NCBI GenBank assembly: GCA_047495785.1
Contig: JBLDXI010000016.1
Coordinates: forward strand, 992,001 to 1,056,000
Direction: 5' to 3'
Length of the DNA: 64,000 bases
Source of the DNA: Lepidodermella squamata
Taxonomy: Eukaryota > Animalia > Gastrotricha
In this document: positions 61,603 to 64,000 of the stretch, piece after piece
Position numbering within the stretch: the stretch's first letter is position 1
Layout: every line of letters begins with the position of its first letter
Notes under the pieces: model-generated
Seen by the model: only the letters and a program-made list of their open reading frames with translations
Told to the model about the DNA's origin: nothing
Database searches by the model: none
Position numbers and translations under genes: made by a program

Positions 61603-62400
61603 TCGACTCTCAACTTCTTTTTATTCCACAAATAAAACAATTTAAAACAAGCGATTCGCAGGATAAAAATGTAAACAATTGTAATTAATACGATCCAGGT
61701 ACATACCTACGTACTGGGTAAAAAATAAAAAAAAATCAAGAAAATTGATGATCAATGAAAGCAGTTAGAGCCGGAGTGGTTGAAATGACGTTTTCGAGTT
61801 CGGGAATTTTCCGCAATAAAATCTAGTTGCCGCGGCGTTGAATTTTGTTTATTATACTTCTCAGAAACAGAAACAGATAAAAAATTAAAAAAATTTATGG
61901 CGCCGTAGAAATGTTTCAGCTGACAATTGTGAAAGTTGACATAAAATGTCGTTTCAGGGCAGTCTCACTCGAACCTGGCAGTTTTTCACAAGAAAACGTC
62001 CATTTGCTGCTCAGAGAATTTCCCTCTACCTCTATATTACTCCAATCTTTCACTTAGATCGAATATGAGAGTCCAGGCCAGACCTATTTTTTTATTTTAA
62101 ATCGCAAAGCTAGATTAGTATTGATTCCATCCATGGCAGCTCAGCTTGTGTTGTACACATTGCATTTCTCGACTATTCCAGCGACCGGCAATTTTTTACA
62201 CGTAGTTAATTATTCACCCGTATAGCGCATATATACGACGCCGCATATATCAAGAAAAAAAAACACACACACACACCCAAGTTGAGTCACCGGTATACAT
62301 TGCGATAAGGAAAAAGATGACGCAATCGCGCGCAATTTTCGCGGTATAAAAACCTTTCATTTATTCGAGATTCGTTTAATACCATCGTTTTTTCCAGCAA

Positions 62401-63309
62401 ATGACAAGTACTTCCAGACCGATATCTGCAAAAAACGATGGCCAGAAACCCCGAGCAACTATAGCTAATCTATGCAACGAAATCGAAGCATCTCTGCTTG
62501 AAAATTCGAAGATCGACCAACTTCGCGATGTGCTAAATCAAACCTGGCAAGTTTTGGCCGATTCGATCAACGGCGATGAGTCACAGGACTTCAGCTGGCT
62601 GACGGAATTCGCGGCAGTGAAATCGCCGGAAAATCGGTTAATCTCCCGTTTACCGGGTATCATCAGCGATGTTCGAGCCGTAGTTCGACTGGCGAATAAA
62701 GTCGATGAAGCGGCGATGAAATTACCGGAAAAATTCACCCCGGAACTTGAACCAGCTGTCCCGCCGGCAATTCTTACCCCTGACACCAGCGTTCAAAGCG
62801 TTGATTTTACGACGGAACTGGCTAAGAATAAACGTGACCGGCGTAAGCAGAAGAACAAGGAAAAAGACGCGAATTGGGTCGCAGTTGCCGCGAAGCCGAA
62901 ACGCGAAGCTAAGCCGGAAAGCAACGAAAGTCTAGCCGGTTCAACCACGACTAAAACAAGCGATGAGGATAACAAGAAGAAGTACCTACTGCCTTACATG
63001 TCGAAATTTTTGAGCGAACGTATTAAAAAGGCGGAGAAGCGGACTGGTTTCGCGGGTATGGTCAACGCTTCACTCGGCCATTTGGCGTTGAATAACGTCG
63101 GCGAGTTGTGTTGTGGCGTTTGCAAATCGTCGCCGCCTTTCAGTGTCCCGCGGCAGCCGTTGCACATGGCCGCTGTTATGGAGCATCTTCACAGTGCTGG
63201 CCATGGTGATGCTGTTCGAAAGGCGCGCCGGCTTGAGATTAACGCGCAGCAGGAAGCGCTGAAAGCGATTTCTAGCGAGAAGGCTGAGGCCTCGAACAAG
63301 CAACAATAG
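62401..63309 (+). CDS. Uncharacterised 302-aa protein with C-terminal matrin/JAZ-type C2H2 zinc finger
   Basis: Uninterrupted ORF; TATAAAAA at 62345; basic NLS-like KNKRDRRKQK; CGVC...EHLHSAGH (H-x5-H). Confidence 0.6.
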   Translation: MTSTSRPISAKNDGQKPRATIANLCNEIEASLLENSKIDQLRDVLNQTWQVLADSINGDESQDFSWLTEFAAVKSPENRLISRLPGIISDVRAVVRLANKVDEAAMKLPEKFTPELEPAVPPAILTPDTSVQSVDFTTELAKNKRDRRKQKNKEKDANWVAVAAKPKREAKPESNESLAGSTTTKTSDEDNKKKYLLPYMSKFLSERIKKAEKRTGFAGMVNASLGHLALNNVGELCCGVCKSSPPFSVPRQPLHMAAVMEHLHSAGHGDAVRKARRLEINAQQEALKAISSEKAEASNKQQ

Positions 63310-64000
63310 GCCGAACAATCAATGTCTCATTGATGATAACTTTTTCAAATTTATTAGACTTTCAATATTCATGAGTGAAATTGACGAATTTCGATAATCA
63401 GACGGCTGAATTACATCATTTTTTTCAGTTTTTAACGACGATGATATAATAAAATGCTTTTGCTAGCTCGAAAATATGGCGAGTTTTCCGAATTTTCTAG
63501 AAAGTCGCAAAAATTACTTGGACATAGAAAGATTCGTGAACTAGTTTTTCGGAGAGATTTTGAATTCATTCAGATTAATATAAGAAATATGAGTATCCCT
63601 CAGTTTCTATCGTGCGGCAAATTATCAACTGAGCTACCATACAAATTCGAGATTTGCATTTACCTCTACGAAACATCAAATTCAGAAAATGACTACCAAC
63701 TTGTATGGCGGATCTTCCAGATAGGCCCAATATCGAGACCAACCCAATCCCTGGCCAATAGTTTCAATGGTGTCCTACTGGAACCGGCCTTAGGACCTTT
63801 GCGAAGCTGGGAACTTCGAAAGCCTTTCCTATCGTAGCGCATCACCATTTTGCCCTTACATTGCCGCAAAGCTTCTAATGAAGTAATGATTTGGAGGAAA
63901 ATGGTATTTCACGATTTCAAAGCAATAGGAATCATGGCAAGAAGATCCTGAGAGGCTAATATGGGACTCGAACCGTCATCGTGAGGTTTATGACGAAGGG

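Noticed and set aside
63950-64000. GGTTCGAGTCCC B-box on the minus strand as a tRNA
   Set aside because: No matching T-stem or acceptor pairing, and it is cut by the window edge.

Overview
Compact, AT-rich eukaryotic genomic DNA, probably from an invertebrate animal; the taxon cannot be fixed from sequence alone. Genes have short GT-AG introns, often about 45-55 nt. The window holds about 45 tRNA genes and pseudogenes. A nine-gene tRNA cassette occurs three times. A tRNA-Leu(TAG)/tRNA-iMet/U1 snRNA cassette occurs five times (one copy lacks the Leu-TAG), and all five U1 copies carry a non-canonical Sm site and a variant U1-70K loop. Four of the five U1 copies sit head-to-tail upstream of members of a six-copy family of secreted PI-PLC X-domain (PLCXD-like) proteins whose catalytic residues are replaced. 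Other genes: an EF-hand protein, a divergent nAChR alpha-like subunit, an intronless divergent Cys-loop receptor, three galaxin-like Cys-Cys repeat secreted proteins, a GT92 glycosyltransferase, an intronless membrane-anchored MycE/ElmM-like O-methyltransferase, an ankyrin/SOCS-box protein, a zinc-finger protein and an orphan gene with a frameshift. Mobile DNA includes hAT and Tc1/pogo MITEs and a ~1.08-kb two-copy element whose ~146-bp terminal hairpin occurs in exact flip and flop forms. All calls come from reading the sequence by eye; no searches were run and coordinates may be off by a few bases.
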